From Barthelona sp. PCE (lineage: Eukaryota): 64,000 bases of DNA. The position numbers and the translations under genes are program-made. The notes beneath the pieces are model-generated. The model made no database searches, had not been told where the DNA came from, and worked only from the letters and a program-made list of their open reading frames with translations. The first letter of the stretch is position 1; the number at the start of each line of letters is the position of its first letter. The stretch spans positions 1,736,001 through 1,800,000 of the forward strand of contig JAUFOR010000002.1 of the NCBI GenBank assembly GCA_040285745.1, written 5' to 3'. Below are positions 1 to 12,300 of the stretch, piece after piece.

Positions 1-130
1 GTTGTTTAACGTCTGTATACGTAACTGGGATACCAAGGCACCGCAGCGCCTCAGTTGCGTCCTTCAAATCAAGAAGATTGTCACGATTTGAATCGCAAAG
101 AACAAAGGCGTCATGTATTTCGTCATCCAT
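1..130 (-). CDS. EF-hand calmodulin/centrin-like protein, 5' part (continues off the left edge; not in ORF track)
   Basis: Manual translation from ATG at 130 gives MDDEIHDAFVLCDSNRDNLLDLKDATEALRCLGIPVTYTDVKQ, which follows the calmodulin-family first EF-hand pattern (EAFxxFD-x-D-x-D...LRxLG). Confidence 0.75.
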   Translation of the reverse strand, partial: MDDEIHDAFVLCDSNRDNLLDLKDATEALRCLGIPVTYTDVKQ

Positions 131-501
131 GGTTATGTGTGTGTTTGTTACAAGGTGGGTGCAGGAAGGGTGTGATATGAGCGCACTAGAATAAGGTGCG
201 AAGAATAAGGTGGTCAAAAAAGAATACAACATTTAGGGGATGCAGTTTTCAATGAAAAGGTTGGTTACAAAGTTTTATGTTCTCATAAAAATGCAAACAA
301 AAAAATTAAAATATGGTGGTGAGCTTAATTCAAAAGTTAGTTGATGAAGCATGATATTTGATAATTTGAATGTTTTTCAGACACTTTGATATTGTAAAAG
401 ATCAATCGTGGATTTGAAAAAGATCTAACTTGGTTTGATTTTGTTTTACAGTTTTTAACTTTTATCTTTGTTTACAGTTTTTAACAAGTCACCTCAAAAT
501 A

Positions 502-1791
502 ATGGGGGCTTTGGCGAATGTTTTGGGACTAATTGCGGTTGTTTCTCTTATTGTTATAGTTCTAGCATTTTTCCATACTAAAGGATGGTTTCATCTCATT
601 TCAGTTAAGGTGGGCAAGCGAAATCAGTTTGATGACTACAGCGAAGATATTAGTCATCTCACAGTTGTGATACCTGCGCGAAATGAAGAAGATAGGATTG
701 GTAGGACAATCAAAACATTGTTAGCACAAAACGTAGGCCGCATCATTGTAGTTAACGACCACTCTACTGACGATACATCATTAGCATCTCGCGATGCAGC
801 ATTTGAATCGAATCGACCGGATGCAGTGCATATTATCACACCACCGAGTCTACCAACAGGATGGAGGGGAAAGTGCTGGGCTATGCATTGTGGTCTCGAA
901 GAAGTTGATACTGAGCTCGTTTTATTCTGTGACGCTGATGTTGTACATAAACAAGGTTCTCTCTCCATGATTTTAAGTTTTTATCATCGTTATGATTTAG
1001 ATTTCGCTAGTTTTTTTACGAAATTTGATTGTAAGACAGTGTTTGGTAAGATGATCAGTTCTGCACTTATGTTTGCATTTGTTATGATATATCCCATGGT
1101 TGATATATTGAATACCAGCAAGAGCACAGCTAGTGCTGCAGGTATGGTTATGTTGGCAAAAACAACAACAGTTAGGAATATTGGAGGGTTTAAAAGTGTG
1201 AGTGATACTGTTGTAGAGGATGTTGCATTTTCTCGGGTTTTAAAGCGTAACGGTAGCCGTATTGGTATGGCATTAACAACATCAATAATGATGGAATGTG
1301 AAGATGAAGCAGGAACACCGCTTAATATGGTTAAAAGAGGTGCAGCACCTATTTTAGGAAAAATTTCTTTTCCTCTAGCTGCATCACTACTTATATGTGG
1401 TGCTATAACAGTCGGAGGCATATGTTTTTATGTTTCCATTGCATGTTTCAATGTTGTTTTTGGAGACGGAGACTTGTACACAGTGTTTTTACTGTTCCTA
1501 TTCATATGGTTTGGAATGGCTTTGGTATTTGCGCCAACTGTGCTTCAACAGGAGCATAATCTTGCATATGCGCTAACTCTACCATTTTCATTCTTTATAA
1601 TTATTTGCACAGCATTAAAGTCATTGTATCATGTACATAATGGAAGGTCAATAACGTGGAAGGGTAGGGAATACGAATCAATAGATGGTTTTTATAATCA
1701 CGATGAAATATCGGTCAAATTTTCACCTGTACGGCCTGAAAATAAGAAGCATGATTCAAGTAGTGCTTTATTATTGGATGTGGATCACTGA
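502..1791 (+). CDS. Membrane-bound glycosyltransferase family 2, similar to bacterial HpnB (hopanoid-associated) / CrtQ type
   Basis: VVIPARNEE, IIVVNDHSTDDT, LPTGWRGKCWAM, LFCDADV (DxD), VEDVAF, C-terminal TM helices and ITWKGREY; one N-terminal TM anchor. Confidence 0.85.
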   Translation: MGALANVLGLIAVVSLIVIVLAFFHTKGWFHLISVKVGKRNQFDDYSEDISHLTVVIPARNEEDRIGRTIKTLLAQNVGRIIVVNDHSTDDTSLASRDAAFESNRPDAVHIITPPSLPTGWRGKCWAMHCGLEEVDTELVLFCDADVVHKQGSLSMILSFYHRYDLDFASFFTKFDCKTVFGKMISSALMFAFVMIYPMVDILNTSKSTASAAGMVMLAKTTTVRNIGGFKSVSDTVVEDVAFSRVLKRNGSRIGMALTTSIMMECEDEAGTPLNMVKRGAAPILGKISFPLAASLLICGAITVGGICFYVSIACFNVVFGDGDLYTVFLLFLFIWFGMALVFAPTVLQQEHNLAYALTLPFSFFIIICTALKSLYHVHNGRSITWKGREYESIDGFYNHDEISVKFSPVRPENKKHDSSSALLLDVDH

Positions 1792-3638
1792 TCCTGCAGA
1801 TACTGTGTAATGAATGTCTCACCAACACCGTGTAAAAGAGAAAATAAAATTAATTCTTCGTTCTTGCTATTATCTTCAGCCCATTCAAGCTTTGTTACGG
1901 CTTCCTCCAGACTGGCTCGCAACTTTGCTGTTTCTTGTCTTTTTAGATGTTCTGATAACGTACTGTTTCTCTGCATATTGTGTTGTTGACATTCATTAAA
2001 TGTTTTCTCAAGCTGTTCATTCTTCTTCTGTACTATATCCTTTAGCTTGCGTGTCTCTTTTTTCAACTTGTGGTACTCTTTCTCAATGTTTCGACCTTCC
2101 TTAACAGCAAGGTTTAATCTCATCTTATAATCTTCAGCCTTTTTAGTTGTTGATTCCAACTTTGCCTCAAGCTCAAGCTCTTTTGTAGTATCATTCTTGG
2201 TCTGTAACATAAAACGTGAGTTACGTAAACTCTCTTTTGCAGTCTGTAATTCACTGTGCATCTGACTGTTTTGGTGCTTTAACGTTTTAGACAATTCAGC
2301 CTCCTTCATTAATTGCTCCATGTTCTGTTGCAAGTTCCTCAGTTGCATTTCTGCAAGCTCTTTAGCATTGCGAGCCATGCCTATATCTCTGTTTAGAACA
2401 TTAACTTGCTGTTCCAACTCATCATATTGTTTCTTATATACTTGCAGATCAGTGTTTTTTAGTTTAGCATCATTCAGCTGTGAGTTCAACACCTTAATCT
2501 CCAACTGAGCATTCTTCAACTGAATTGCCACATCATTACTAACATGATCCACTTCAAGCTGCTGTGCCTCATAACCTTTTTTGATGTCAAGCAATCGCTG
2601 AATACTTTCTTCTTGTTGCAATGCTTTAGTCTCCAACATAGAATTATTCTGTCTCTGCTCTCTCAAATCCTGCTCGAGCAACGCAATACGATGTTCCATT
2701 TGCTCGTTGTTAATTCTACATTGCTTTACCGTACCGTTCAGTGCAATACGTTCCTTCTCGTACTTTTCAAGTCTGGCAATCTGCAACCGTTCATCTTGAT
2801 TCATCTGTGTTCTTTGCACAGTTTGGACACTCTTTGCATCATCAACAACGCTCTGTAAGCGGTTAACCTTCTCCAATGCAGAATTGAGATCATTAAGTGT
2901 GTTGATCCGTTCCGCCTCAGCCTTGTCTCGAGATTCTTCCATCTTCTTCAATTGGTCACGGACATACGTTAGTTCAGCAGTCATATTATTCATTTTAAGC
3001 TCATTCAGCCCATTTTCAGCAAATTTGTTATCCTGTTTGCTCATAGTAGAACCCAATCGACGGTTTAACTCTTCATTTTCAAACCTCAACTGTTGCATCT
3101 GTGCTGTGAGGAGAGCTATATCAGAATCAACATTCGAACCTCTCTTTTTCACTGTTGGACTCAATGATATAGAATGATTCGAAGTTTCAGGAATAGGTGG
3201 TTTAAGTTGCTCTTTAGGTGAGTCAGTGGGGCCTAACACTACAACAGAATCTTTTAAAGCATTGGCTATTAATACAAATGATTCTTGTTCATCTGTTGTT
3301 AAATCTTCTAATTGCAATAATTGTACACCGTCATACAGTAAACCCAGCCAGATATCAATATAACTGTCACTTAATTGATTCTTTAACTCTGGTTTGAATG
3401 GTGCGGTACATTTCGAATTAAAGAGGCGCGCGAATTTACGTCTGACCATAACTCCCGTACGTGTGCCGTCGACGTTTCCCCACTCAAGAACGTGTGTTAC
3501 ATAGTTGCACATTGTCTCAAAACCTGGTAGTACATCAAATTCAAGGTCTTGATTATTGAGAGCACAATGGGGTGCTTTCTGACGAAAAGTGTAGCCCACT
3601 GCGACGTTTACGGCCCTTTGAAACTCTTCGATATTCAT
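1785..3638 (-). CDS. Long coiled-coil protein of unknown function
   Basis: Globular N-terminus followed by ~430 aa of E/K/Q/L heptad-rich sequence. Start placed at the second ATG (MNIEEFQ, 3638); the upstream ATG at 3677 only adds a poly-T-encoded hydrophobic stretch. Confidence 0.7.
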   Translation of the reverse strand: MNIEEFQRAVNVAVGYTFRQKAPHCALNNQDLEFDVLPGFETMCNYVTHVLEWGNVDGTRTGVMVRRKFARLFNSKCTAPFKPELKNQLSDSYIDIWLGLLYDGVQLLQLEDLTTDEQESFVLIANALKDSVVVLGPTDSPKEQLKPPIPETSNHSISLSPTVKKRGSNVDSDIALLTAQMQQLRFENEELNRRLGSTMSKQDNKFAENGLNELKMNNMTAELTYVRDQLKKMEESRDKAEAERINTLNDLNSALEKVNRLQSVVDDAKSVQTVQRTQMNQDERLQIARLEKYEKERIALNGTVKQCRINNEQMEHRIALLEQDLREQRQNNSMLETKALQQEESIQRLLDIKKGYEAQQLEVDHVSNDVAIQLKNAQLEIKVLNSQLNDAKLKNTDLQVYKKQYDELEQQVNVLNRDIGMARNAKELAEMQLRNLQQNMEQLMKEAELSKTLKHQNSQMHSELQTAKESLRNSRFMLQTKNDTTKELELEAKLESTTKKAEDYKMRLNLAVKEGRNIEKEYHKLKKETRKLKDIVQKKNEQLEKTFNECQQHNMQRNSTLSEHLKRQETAKLRASLEEAVTKLEWAEDNSKNEELILFSLLHGVGETFITQYLQDQ

Positions 3639-4091
3639 TTTAGCCAGAAAAAGGAGAGAAAATAAAAAACAGTACATTCAAGGTGTTAAAGTAGTTAGAT
3701 ACGCTGTATACTGAAGAAGAAAACAGTATACTAGAACAATGCACCTGGAGAAATATTCATTAAAACCCTTTTTCTCCAGAAAAATTTTAGTTCTTTCTAT
3801 TTGCATTGTTTTGAATATGCTTTAAGGTTATGTTGATCAAATGTCAAGTTTGAGCTTCTAAATTCCAGTTAGACTTACTAATTCCAGTTAGCAACAAAAC
3901 CTGTTTTAATAGTCACAATAACTGAGCTTTTTGCTCTTCATACGCATTTGTCAGCATGTACTACTGTATGCATGTCATCTGTGATGTTGCAAAAATACAA
4001 AATCTCAAAAATTCCTTGTTTCAAAAACATTACCCATTTCGTACTATTCATATTTTACTTATGTAACATGTATTAACACATACCACACACC

Positions 4092-6308
4092 ATGGATAAC
4101 CAACATTTTTTGAAGATACTTGTACTTTTGTTATTTTCCCAATTCGTTTTGGTCCAAACAAATTCCAATGACGTATCTCCAGTCTTCAAGGTGCTCATGC
4201 AGCTTCCAAACGAGGCGGGGCTGAGGTTATATGACTCAGTTTTCAGTAGTCGTTGGGGATCACAGGCAACTAACCTACCATCGGAATATTTACCTGCATA
4301 CACATCACAGCTTTCACAGCAACGATATGTGTTCCCAGCACTGTTGTGGATATTATCCAGTATCATTTTTTTTATCGTATGCATTTTTCTTTGCTGTAGG
4401 TACAAGAATCCCCATAAACAAACAAAAAAGCTTAACCAAAAAATCAGGGAGGTGCAACAATCGAATGGTAAGCCATTTAAAAAGCATTGTTTGAATTGTT
4501 CTTACTATTGCTTTATATTTTTTGGAATTTATTTTTTTATTCTATGTTCATCATACTTATTTTCGGGGTTTACGCTTATCGAGGACCCAGAGTTTTATAA
4601 TTACGTTAATGAAATCGAAGATCGTGTCAATACTTTTGGAGATTCGATTTTGAGTAATATTACAACCGTTCTAGACAATCACCAAAGTGATAGAAGCGTT
4701 ATAGATGATTTATTACAAGCAAGTAACACGGTATGTAGTATTTCGGGAGAAAACAAACTGGTTGACATTATCACAGATATGGAAGTAACAATGGAACAAT
4801 TGAATAATACAGTTGCCACCATAGTGGAGCATTTAACTGAAGTAGAAGAGTTCGTTTCAAATTTGGATATTGTTAATACAACAATTTCCTTAAATCAATT
4901 CCCAGACCATAATTTTTCATATTTTATCAACGGATCAGTTGGTAGCAGTGTTGCTATGATACATAACATTGTCCACAATAGTTCTATCAGTGATTTCTTC
5001 AAGTTTTCACAAGCAACGTATCTTGCATTGAACAAATCAAAATCGTTTTCCAATGATCTGAGTTCAACAAATACAATACAGCTGACCAGTGAAAGTTCTA
5101 AGCTTACTGTAGATATATTATTTTTGTTGGTTGTCATAATTTTCATTTTTTTTATTGGTACAATGACTACTTCGAGAAGATCAATTAAAAAATATAATAT
5201 GGACATCACAACAACTTCAATAACAATACTAAAGTCATCATTATGTGTTTATAGCGTTATTATTATTATGATATTTGCATTTTATTTGGGTTATAATGAT
5301 TGGTCAAGAGGGCCAGTGATTTTCAAAGATTTGCCTCAAAATGCAACAAACTTTAATGATTTCTACAAGTTTAAAGACTCGTTGTTGTTAAATCAGGGTA
5401 ATATCAGTGATGATTGGATATTTGATGATATTCACGCTGTTCCAACAGTAACACCACCCGACACATACCCAGATTTACAGTTTACATCTGAAAGGTCAAT
5501 TAATGCAACAGATCTACGTAATTTATTATTCGCAACCAGTGATTTACCTTCACAAATAGAAGTTTTATATCAAACAAAAGTTGTTGAAGAGAGATTTGCG
5601 CTTAACGCTCATTCATTCAGTTTTGATGAAGATTGTTTTAGCTCTGAAGAAAGATCCAACACTTTGCACGTCATTCAAAATGCTCCAATCCCTTTTGCAG
5701 ATAAGGATGACGCACTGTCTCGATTTTATGTTGGTGTTAGGCACAATGATGCATTGGATGTTTATTTAGACAGCAAAAATATTCTTTTGGGAAGAATTGC
5801 ACGCGCTACACACGCTTTCGGTGAATTTTACTCATATTTACAAGCTTCAAATAAGTTGGATGAATACATAACAAGTAATATCACTAATATGCAAGTTTTG
5901 GTTGATGAAATATCGTCAGCAAATTATGATTCACTTTCAGACTCTTTAGAGCAAGTGCGAACGTTTTATACAGACAGTATTAGTGGTAGGCAACTACCTT
6001 TTATTGATTACAGAGAATTTAGCAAGCTTAACTCCATTATTTTAAGTACAGGTTTTGCAAATTCATTTTTTGTTTTGTTTCTTTTCATGTTAATCAGTTT
6101 AATCGTCTTTTATATTAACTTCTTCAAATTTGCTCAATATAAATTCATCAAATTCCGTATGCATGCAATGAGTCAGGGTACAATTAGTAATACACTTTCT
6201 AGTATGTCAGTTGTCCCAATATCTAATAGGATAAGACGAATTGATACAATGGGATCATCAAATTTTGTATCTCAGAGAAGTCAACAACAGCGTGTGTTTC
6301 TATTTTAG
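4092..6308 (+). CDS. Signal peptide + 5-TM glycoprotein with prominin/tweety-like topology
   Basis: Signal peptide; TM1 followed by a Cys/basic loop (CCRYK...CLNC); TM2; large N-glycosylation-rich loop; TM3-TM4; second large loop; TM5; short tail. Confidence 0.55.
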   Translation: MDNQHFLKILVLLLFSQFVLVQTNSNDVSPVFKVLMQLPNEAGLRLYDSVFSSRWGSQATNLPSEYLPAYTSQLSQQRYVFPALLWILSSIIFFIVCIFLCCRYKNPHKQTKKLNQKIREVQQSNGKPFKKHCLNCSYYCFIFFGIYFFILCSSYLFSGFTLIEDPEFYNYVNEIEDRVNTFGDSILSNITTVLDNHQSDRSVIDDLLQASNTVCSISGENKLVDIITDMEVTMEQLNNTVATIVEHLTEVEEFVSNLDIVNTTISLNQFPDHNFSYFINGSVGSSVAMIHNIVHNSSISDFFKFSQATYLALNKSKSFSNDLSSTNTIQLTSESSKLTVDILFLLVVIIFIFFIGTMTTSRRSIKKYNMDITTTSITILKSSLCVYSVIIIMIFAFYLGYNDWSRGPVIFKDLPQNATNFNDFYKFKDSLLLNQGNISDDWIFDDIHAVPTVTPPDTYPDLQFTSERSINATDLRNLLFATSDLPSQIEVLYQTKVVEERFALNAHSFSFDEDCFSSEERSNTLHVIQNAPIPFADKDDALSRFYVGVRHNDALDVYLDSKNILLGRIARATHAFGEFYSYLQASNKLDEYITSNITNMQVLVDEISSANYDSLSDSLEQVRTFYTDSISGRQLPFIDYREFSKLNSIILSTGFANSFFVLFLFMLISLIVFYINFFKFAQYKFIKFRMHAMSQGTISNTLSSMSVVPISNRIRRIDTMGSSNFVSQRSQQQRVFLF

Positions 6309-6320
6309 TTATTAATAAAT

Positions 6321-6347
6321 TTACTCAAATTACTCAAATTACTCAAA
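6321..6347. repeat. Perfect 9-bp tandem repeat (ttactcaaa x3) that includes the stop codon of the 2346-aa gene
   Basis: Read directly; on the minus strand it is TTTGAGTAA (Phe-Glu-stop) three times. Confidence 0.9.
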
Positions 6348-9300
6348 TTGAAGCTTATCTTCGATTGCTACAACTTTTTCGTTACGCAAACGACTGATAA
6401 TGTCAAAGAATTGACTGTGACGTGTAGGTGTAGCAGTAGACATACGTGTACCAGGAGTACGGTGGGAGCGAGCAACAGGAGTCTTTAACGGTCTGATTCT
6501 CTGATGTGAGTTAATCGAAGAGATGTTCTTGGTGAGGGAACCAATATCTCTTTTTGTCGTATCCAACTCTTGCTGCAAGACATTAACCTGATCCTTTAGA
6601 TTCATGATGACGCTCTTTGACCGTAAGTTCTCTTGACGAATAGTACCGAGGTTAGCCTGCTCTTTTGTATTGACAATAAGTTGATTGTTCAATTGCTGGT
6701 TCTTGTTCTGAAGATCAGAGATGAGGGATTCTTTAACTCGAAGTTCACGGACAAGCTCACCAATTGCAAAAGAGCTCTCCTGAGACTTCTTAGGTGATGT
6801 TAACATCTTTAGCTCATGTAAAGCACTTTGTAATTGGCCTGACACATCGACAAGCTCACGCTGTTGATTGGAAGTCTTATGTGCGACGTTAGGATCTTTT
6901 AACAGTGAAAGACGATCCTGAATATCCTTGAGTTCATTGTGAACACCAGCCTTATCAATCGCAACCATAACAGTTTCAACAAGGTTCTGCTGCTGACGGT
7001 TCTGACTACGGAGCATTTTAATTTGATCGTTAGCCTTTGCTAATACACTGCGCAATTTTTTGACTTCTTCAGTTAGTGTTTCATTTTCAGCAGTAATAGT
7101 TTGGATCTGTTCATCAAGTTGAAGCCATTCATCTTCATTAATATTACGTTCATTACGGAATGAATCCATTTCTAATGTGATATCAGTGATAATATTGGTC
7201 TTTTCACTGATAAGAGCTTCCTTATTGGATAAATCTTTTTGTAAATCAACAATAATCTCTTCCAATGATGATATTTGTTGATGATCAACAACCTTCCTTA
7301 CAACGGGAACTTCAACAATTTTTTCAACAGGAACTTCAATGTGACGTTCAACAATACGGTCAATTGGTACTTCAACGATTTTCTCTACTGGAATCTCCAC
7401 AATTTTCTCAACTTCAACCTCAACAGGAATTTCAATGATCTTCTCAACGATTTTCTCAACTGGAATCTCTATAATTTTCTCAACTTCTACTTCAACAGGA
7501 ATTTCAATGATCTTCTCAACGATTTTCTCTACAGGAACCTCAACAATTTTCTCAACTTCAACAGTGGTGTTAGCAGAATGAGATATTCCTTCAATCTGAG
7601 CTTCCAAAGCGACAATGGTTGCCTTTAGAGTTCTTATTTCAACCTGTTGTTTGTTGACAATTGTCAGCATATCATCAGAACTATCATCTCTATTGAGACT
7701 GTTGAGATATTCCAAAGCATTACGCCTCAACTTATCCTCTGCTTCAGTCTTTTCAATGATTAGTCTGCGATTCATCTCATTTGTCTTGTCCATCAACTTG
7801 TTACGGCGATCCATAGCCTTCTCAAGCAAAACTATATCTTCAGCAAGGAATTCCTTCTCATGAATTAGCTGATTAAGCTGTGCATTAACTCTCTTCAAAC
7901 GTGAACGTAACAATGAAACTTGACTAGCCAGGGCAATAGACTCGTCTTCATCTACTGTTGTTGTATCCGGAGACGGTTCGCGAATAGATTTCTCTAAGTC
8001 AGCAATAGTAGCTTGCAACTCCTCAACGCGAACTGAATGTGCCTCATTGGTTCGTTGTTTCTCCGCTAAATGTTTAAGAGTCTTCTGGTGTTCGAGTGAT
8101 AGCTTTTCGTGGCGAAGCTTTAGAGCATCGAGCTCAGTGTTATGTACATCAGCAATATCAGCGTTCTGCTTGACAGCTTCATATAATTGCGTGGTTTCAG
8201 ACAATTGGCGCTCAAGATCTTCACAATGTATCTTAACAGCGTTGAGCTGAACTGTCTGTTCTTCAAACATCCTCGCTGTTGAACGTTCGACGATTTGATA
8301 ATCTTCTTCTGTATCCTTCAGCTGTTGTTTGAGATCAGAGACTTCCAAGCGCAGTTCAGAGTTGTCAGCAACAAGCTTGGTGATACGCTGATCGGTGTAT
8401 ACCTGCTCTGCATCATTCTTCTTCTCTGATAACTCTTCACATTTCTCAACAAGTGCATCTCGTTCATTTCTAATGTTAATTAACTCATCATTGGCAATAT
8501 CGTGCTTCTTTTGAATAGTGTCGAGTTTCAAAATGATAGAATCGCGTTCCTTCTCAAGAGAGGAAAGTTCTTCCATTGTAGACTTGAGCTTATCATTTAG
8601 ACTTGCGTTATTTTTGTAAAGATTTTGATTCTCCTTGGAAAGATCCTGTTTTTCCTTGGAAAGATTCGTGTACTTTTCATCAAGAATTATGTAATTACGT
8701 TGTTGTTTCTGATAATCATCAACAGTACTATCACGTTCTAATAATGCAGCATCAATCTGCTCAGTTGCTTCTCTTAGCTTACATTCAAGGTTATTAATCT
8801 TTAGAACGTTTGCATTGACATCAGTAAGTGCTGAATCACGTTCTTTAACAGCAGTATCGCGTTTGACAACAACCTCTTCGTACTTCTGAGGGAACTCGGC
8901 CAACTGTAACACACGCTCGTTAAGACGTGCAGCCTGTTCATCAGATTCTTGTGCTTGCTTTCTGAGATTTTCTGATTGGGTGAGCAATTGTTTTTGATCG
9001 TTCAGAAGTCTTTCTTTTGTTTCATGTAATGAACCAATAGTCATGTTAAGATCATCAATTAGCTCATTCTGTTCATTCTGTTCATTTTGCAACGTGTCAA
9101 GTTTCTGTTTAACAGTCTCCAGCTCTTTTTCAACTTTTTCCTTATGATCTTTTTCAAGATTAAGCTCTTCAAATAAAGTTACTCTTTCTAACTTGAAAGT
9201 TGAAATGGTGCTATTGAGATCATCAATATCACTCCTTGTTTGACGGTATTTATCATTCAACATATTGTACTTAGCAAGCATGTTATCATATTTGTTCTCA

Positions 9301-12300
9301 AAAGTATCATCGCGTTGTGTACTTTCAACAAGAGCATCAAGTTCATCATATCTCTTTTTTAAACGTTCATGATCTGACTTTTCCTTCTCATACGTCTCAG
9401 TAAGAATCTTATGCTTTGTTTGAAGGGTTGCCAAACCACTTTGCTCTCGCCTCCATTCCTCTTCTTTTTCATTTAAGACACTAATATCAGTTTCCAGCAA
9501 CCTAATACGACGCTCCTTTTCAGTAATAGTTTCTTCCAAGTGTTGGATGCGGTCAATTGAGACACTGATTTCAGCACTCTGTTGCCTGAGCTTGTGTACA
9601 TGTTCATGATTATCCAACTCGAGTGCTTCGCAGTTATCTCTTAGACTTGAAATTTTCGCCTTAAGATCAACCTCTGTTGCAGAACAATCAGAAATCAACC
9701 TGTCAGTCTCGTCTTCGTGATCCTTCTTCAATTTTTCAATGGTGTCAGTTAATTTCTGCAAATCTTGTTGGGATTTAACAAGACTAGAATGCATACTACC
9801 ACTCGTGATAATATCGTTACGCATATCACACATCTCGTCTTGCAGATCTGCGTTCTTTTCAAGCTCTTCATCAAGACTTCTCTGACTAACAGATAAACGT
9901 TCAGAAATTTTTTCATTCTCAGTTTGAAGTTTATCAACTTCAGCTGTTAACTCCAAGTTTTTGCTATTGACATCATTAATATCTGCTTTCAACGTAATGT
10001 TGATTTCCTTAAGATTGTTATAATCTTCTTTGTACACCATTGCTTCCTCAAGCATCGATTTTGCGTCTTCAACATATTTGTTAACTGTTTCTGATTGTTC
10101 AGTCATTGCCCGCTGATATTCATCGCGCTCAGCCTTCACCTTCAATAACTCATCTCTCATGCGATCAACTTCAGTTTGCAGTTGTTCAGAACGATCATCA
10201 TCAACATTTGCTTGAAGCCTTTTGATCTCAAGATTTGCTTCACTGTTCAGCAATGCATACTCATCAATTTTTGCTTGCATTTCCTTTTTTTCGCTGCTCA
10301 GCTCAGTTTCCAACAAATCAGAAGAGCGTTGTAGATGACGATAATCCTGCTCTAATTTGCTGTACTTCTCTGCATGATCATTAATATCATTCTGTGAAGC
10401 CTTCTGGTTTTGATTAATTGTTGCTTTTAGTGTGACAATTGTTTCATTTAGCTCTTCAACCTCTTCATCACGATCAATCTTTGCCTGTTTGATCTCATCT
10501 TCAAGTCTATCACGTTCATCTTGAAGAGTGTTGTGTTTTTCTCGTTCAATAACAAGTAATCCTTGCAGTTCAGTGATCTTTTCTGCTTTCATAGTTAACT
10601 GAGAGTGTAAATTTGAGACAGAGTTAGACATCTTAATAATTTCATCAGATACAGCTGGTTTTTCTTGTTCAAGGGTTTCGATCATGGATTTTGCATTCGA
10701 AAGTGCTGCGTTACCATTCTGTAACTCGCTCTGAGTTCTTGTTAGCTCATCTTGCAATGTCTTGAGCTGCTGTTCCTTATCTTTGGTAACTGCAAACTGC
10801 TCGTTCAACTTACCTGTTGTATCTTTCAGACTTTGTTCAAGCTTTGCAATCTTATCATCATACTCATCAATGGAATTCTCAAATTCATCCTGCGTGTTCT
10901 CTAACGTATGGATTAATTTTGCCAAACTTTCTGTTTCAGCAACAAGCTCAACGTTCCTATCTCTTGAGCGTTTTAAATCATTGCGTTGTTGAGTATAATC
11001 ACTTTCCAAATCCCTGTGTTTAACATTCAAACTGTTATACTTGGAACTCAATTCATCCAACTCAATTTGTTTTTGCTTTAGTTCTTCTTCTCGATCATGA
11101 ATAGATCTTTCAAAATCTGTGGCATTAGCAATTTCGACACCTTTTGCTCTTTCAAGAACTGCACGCTCTTCGTTAAGCTGAGCGTTTTGCTTTACCACGT
11201 CAGAAAACTTCTTGGTGAGTTCATCAAGCTCGGTTGTAATGCTGTCAAGATCTCTACGTGTGTTATGAAGATCATTTTCTAAAGAATCTCGTTGTTCGGT
11301 GATTCTATCAATCTCAGCACGTTTTGTTCCATCAAAAGCCTTCAGTTGAGCAGATAAATGTGTCTTTTCAGCCTCTAGATTATGGATTCGCTCAGCACAA
11401 GAGTTATGATCAGCATAAATTTTCTGGTATCTACCATTCATCTGATCAAGTTCGCGTTGCAACTCAATAGAAGAATCATAACATGTGTCGAACTCGCCAC
11501 GTAACTCAAGATAACGGTTACGCTCATCCTCAAGAGCTCCTTGTAAACCACTATTTTGCATAAAATCCTTCTCCAATTTAAAAATTTTATCCTGTAAACG
11601 GGTCTTGTCATCACGTAGGTCGTGTAATTCAGTGAGTAACTGTGAGTTTCTCTCCTTTTCAGCAACTTTTCTGGATAGATCTATAGATTTCTCAATGAAA
11701 AGTTGAAGATAGTCTCCAAAAGTATCAAAAGATTGAAATTCAAATACATCAAGCTCTGGGATATCTACACTATTCAGTTGGGTGATGATTCTCTCGTAAT
11801 CACTCTCTAAGTCAACATCATATGAACTGTTACAGAAAATTTCGTCAAGTTTAAAGATAAACTGCTTAACTGGATCAATAAACGTTGTGTAAGTCTTCAT
11901 ATCTTTCCTTACGGATTCCAGAAGTGTTCCTGTCAACTCCATTAGTTCTTGAATCGTTGATCTATCAAAATCACAATTTTCATCTTCATTTTGAATAGGG
12001 GTGGCATCAACAGTCGGAAGCTTACCTCGGACCATAGGTGTTCTATTAGCAAGGTGTGGAGTTGCGCTGATTCGCTGGATAGTTGATGTCTGTTCATTCA
12101 TGAGTCTTTCTTTACGTAACACCAATTCATCCAACTTCATGTTGATATTAATTTGATCATCCACGTCTGCAAGAATCAGTTGTGTCTGCAAATTGTCAAA
12201 TTCTTGCTCAATTTCTCTAATTTGGTCAAGACTACTACCTAAACTGGTGAGATCTTGTGATACAAGGTTTCCAAACACTGGAGTCTCATTTAGACTCTTT

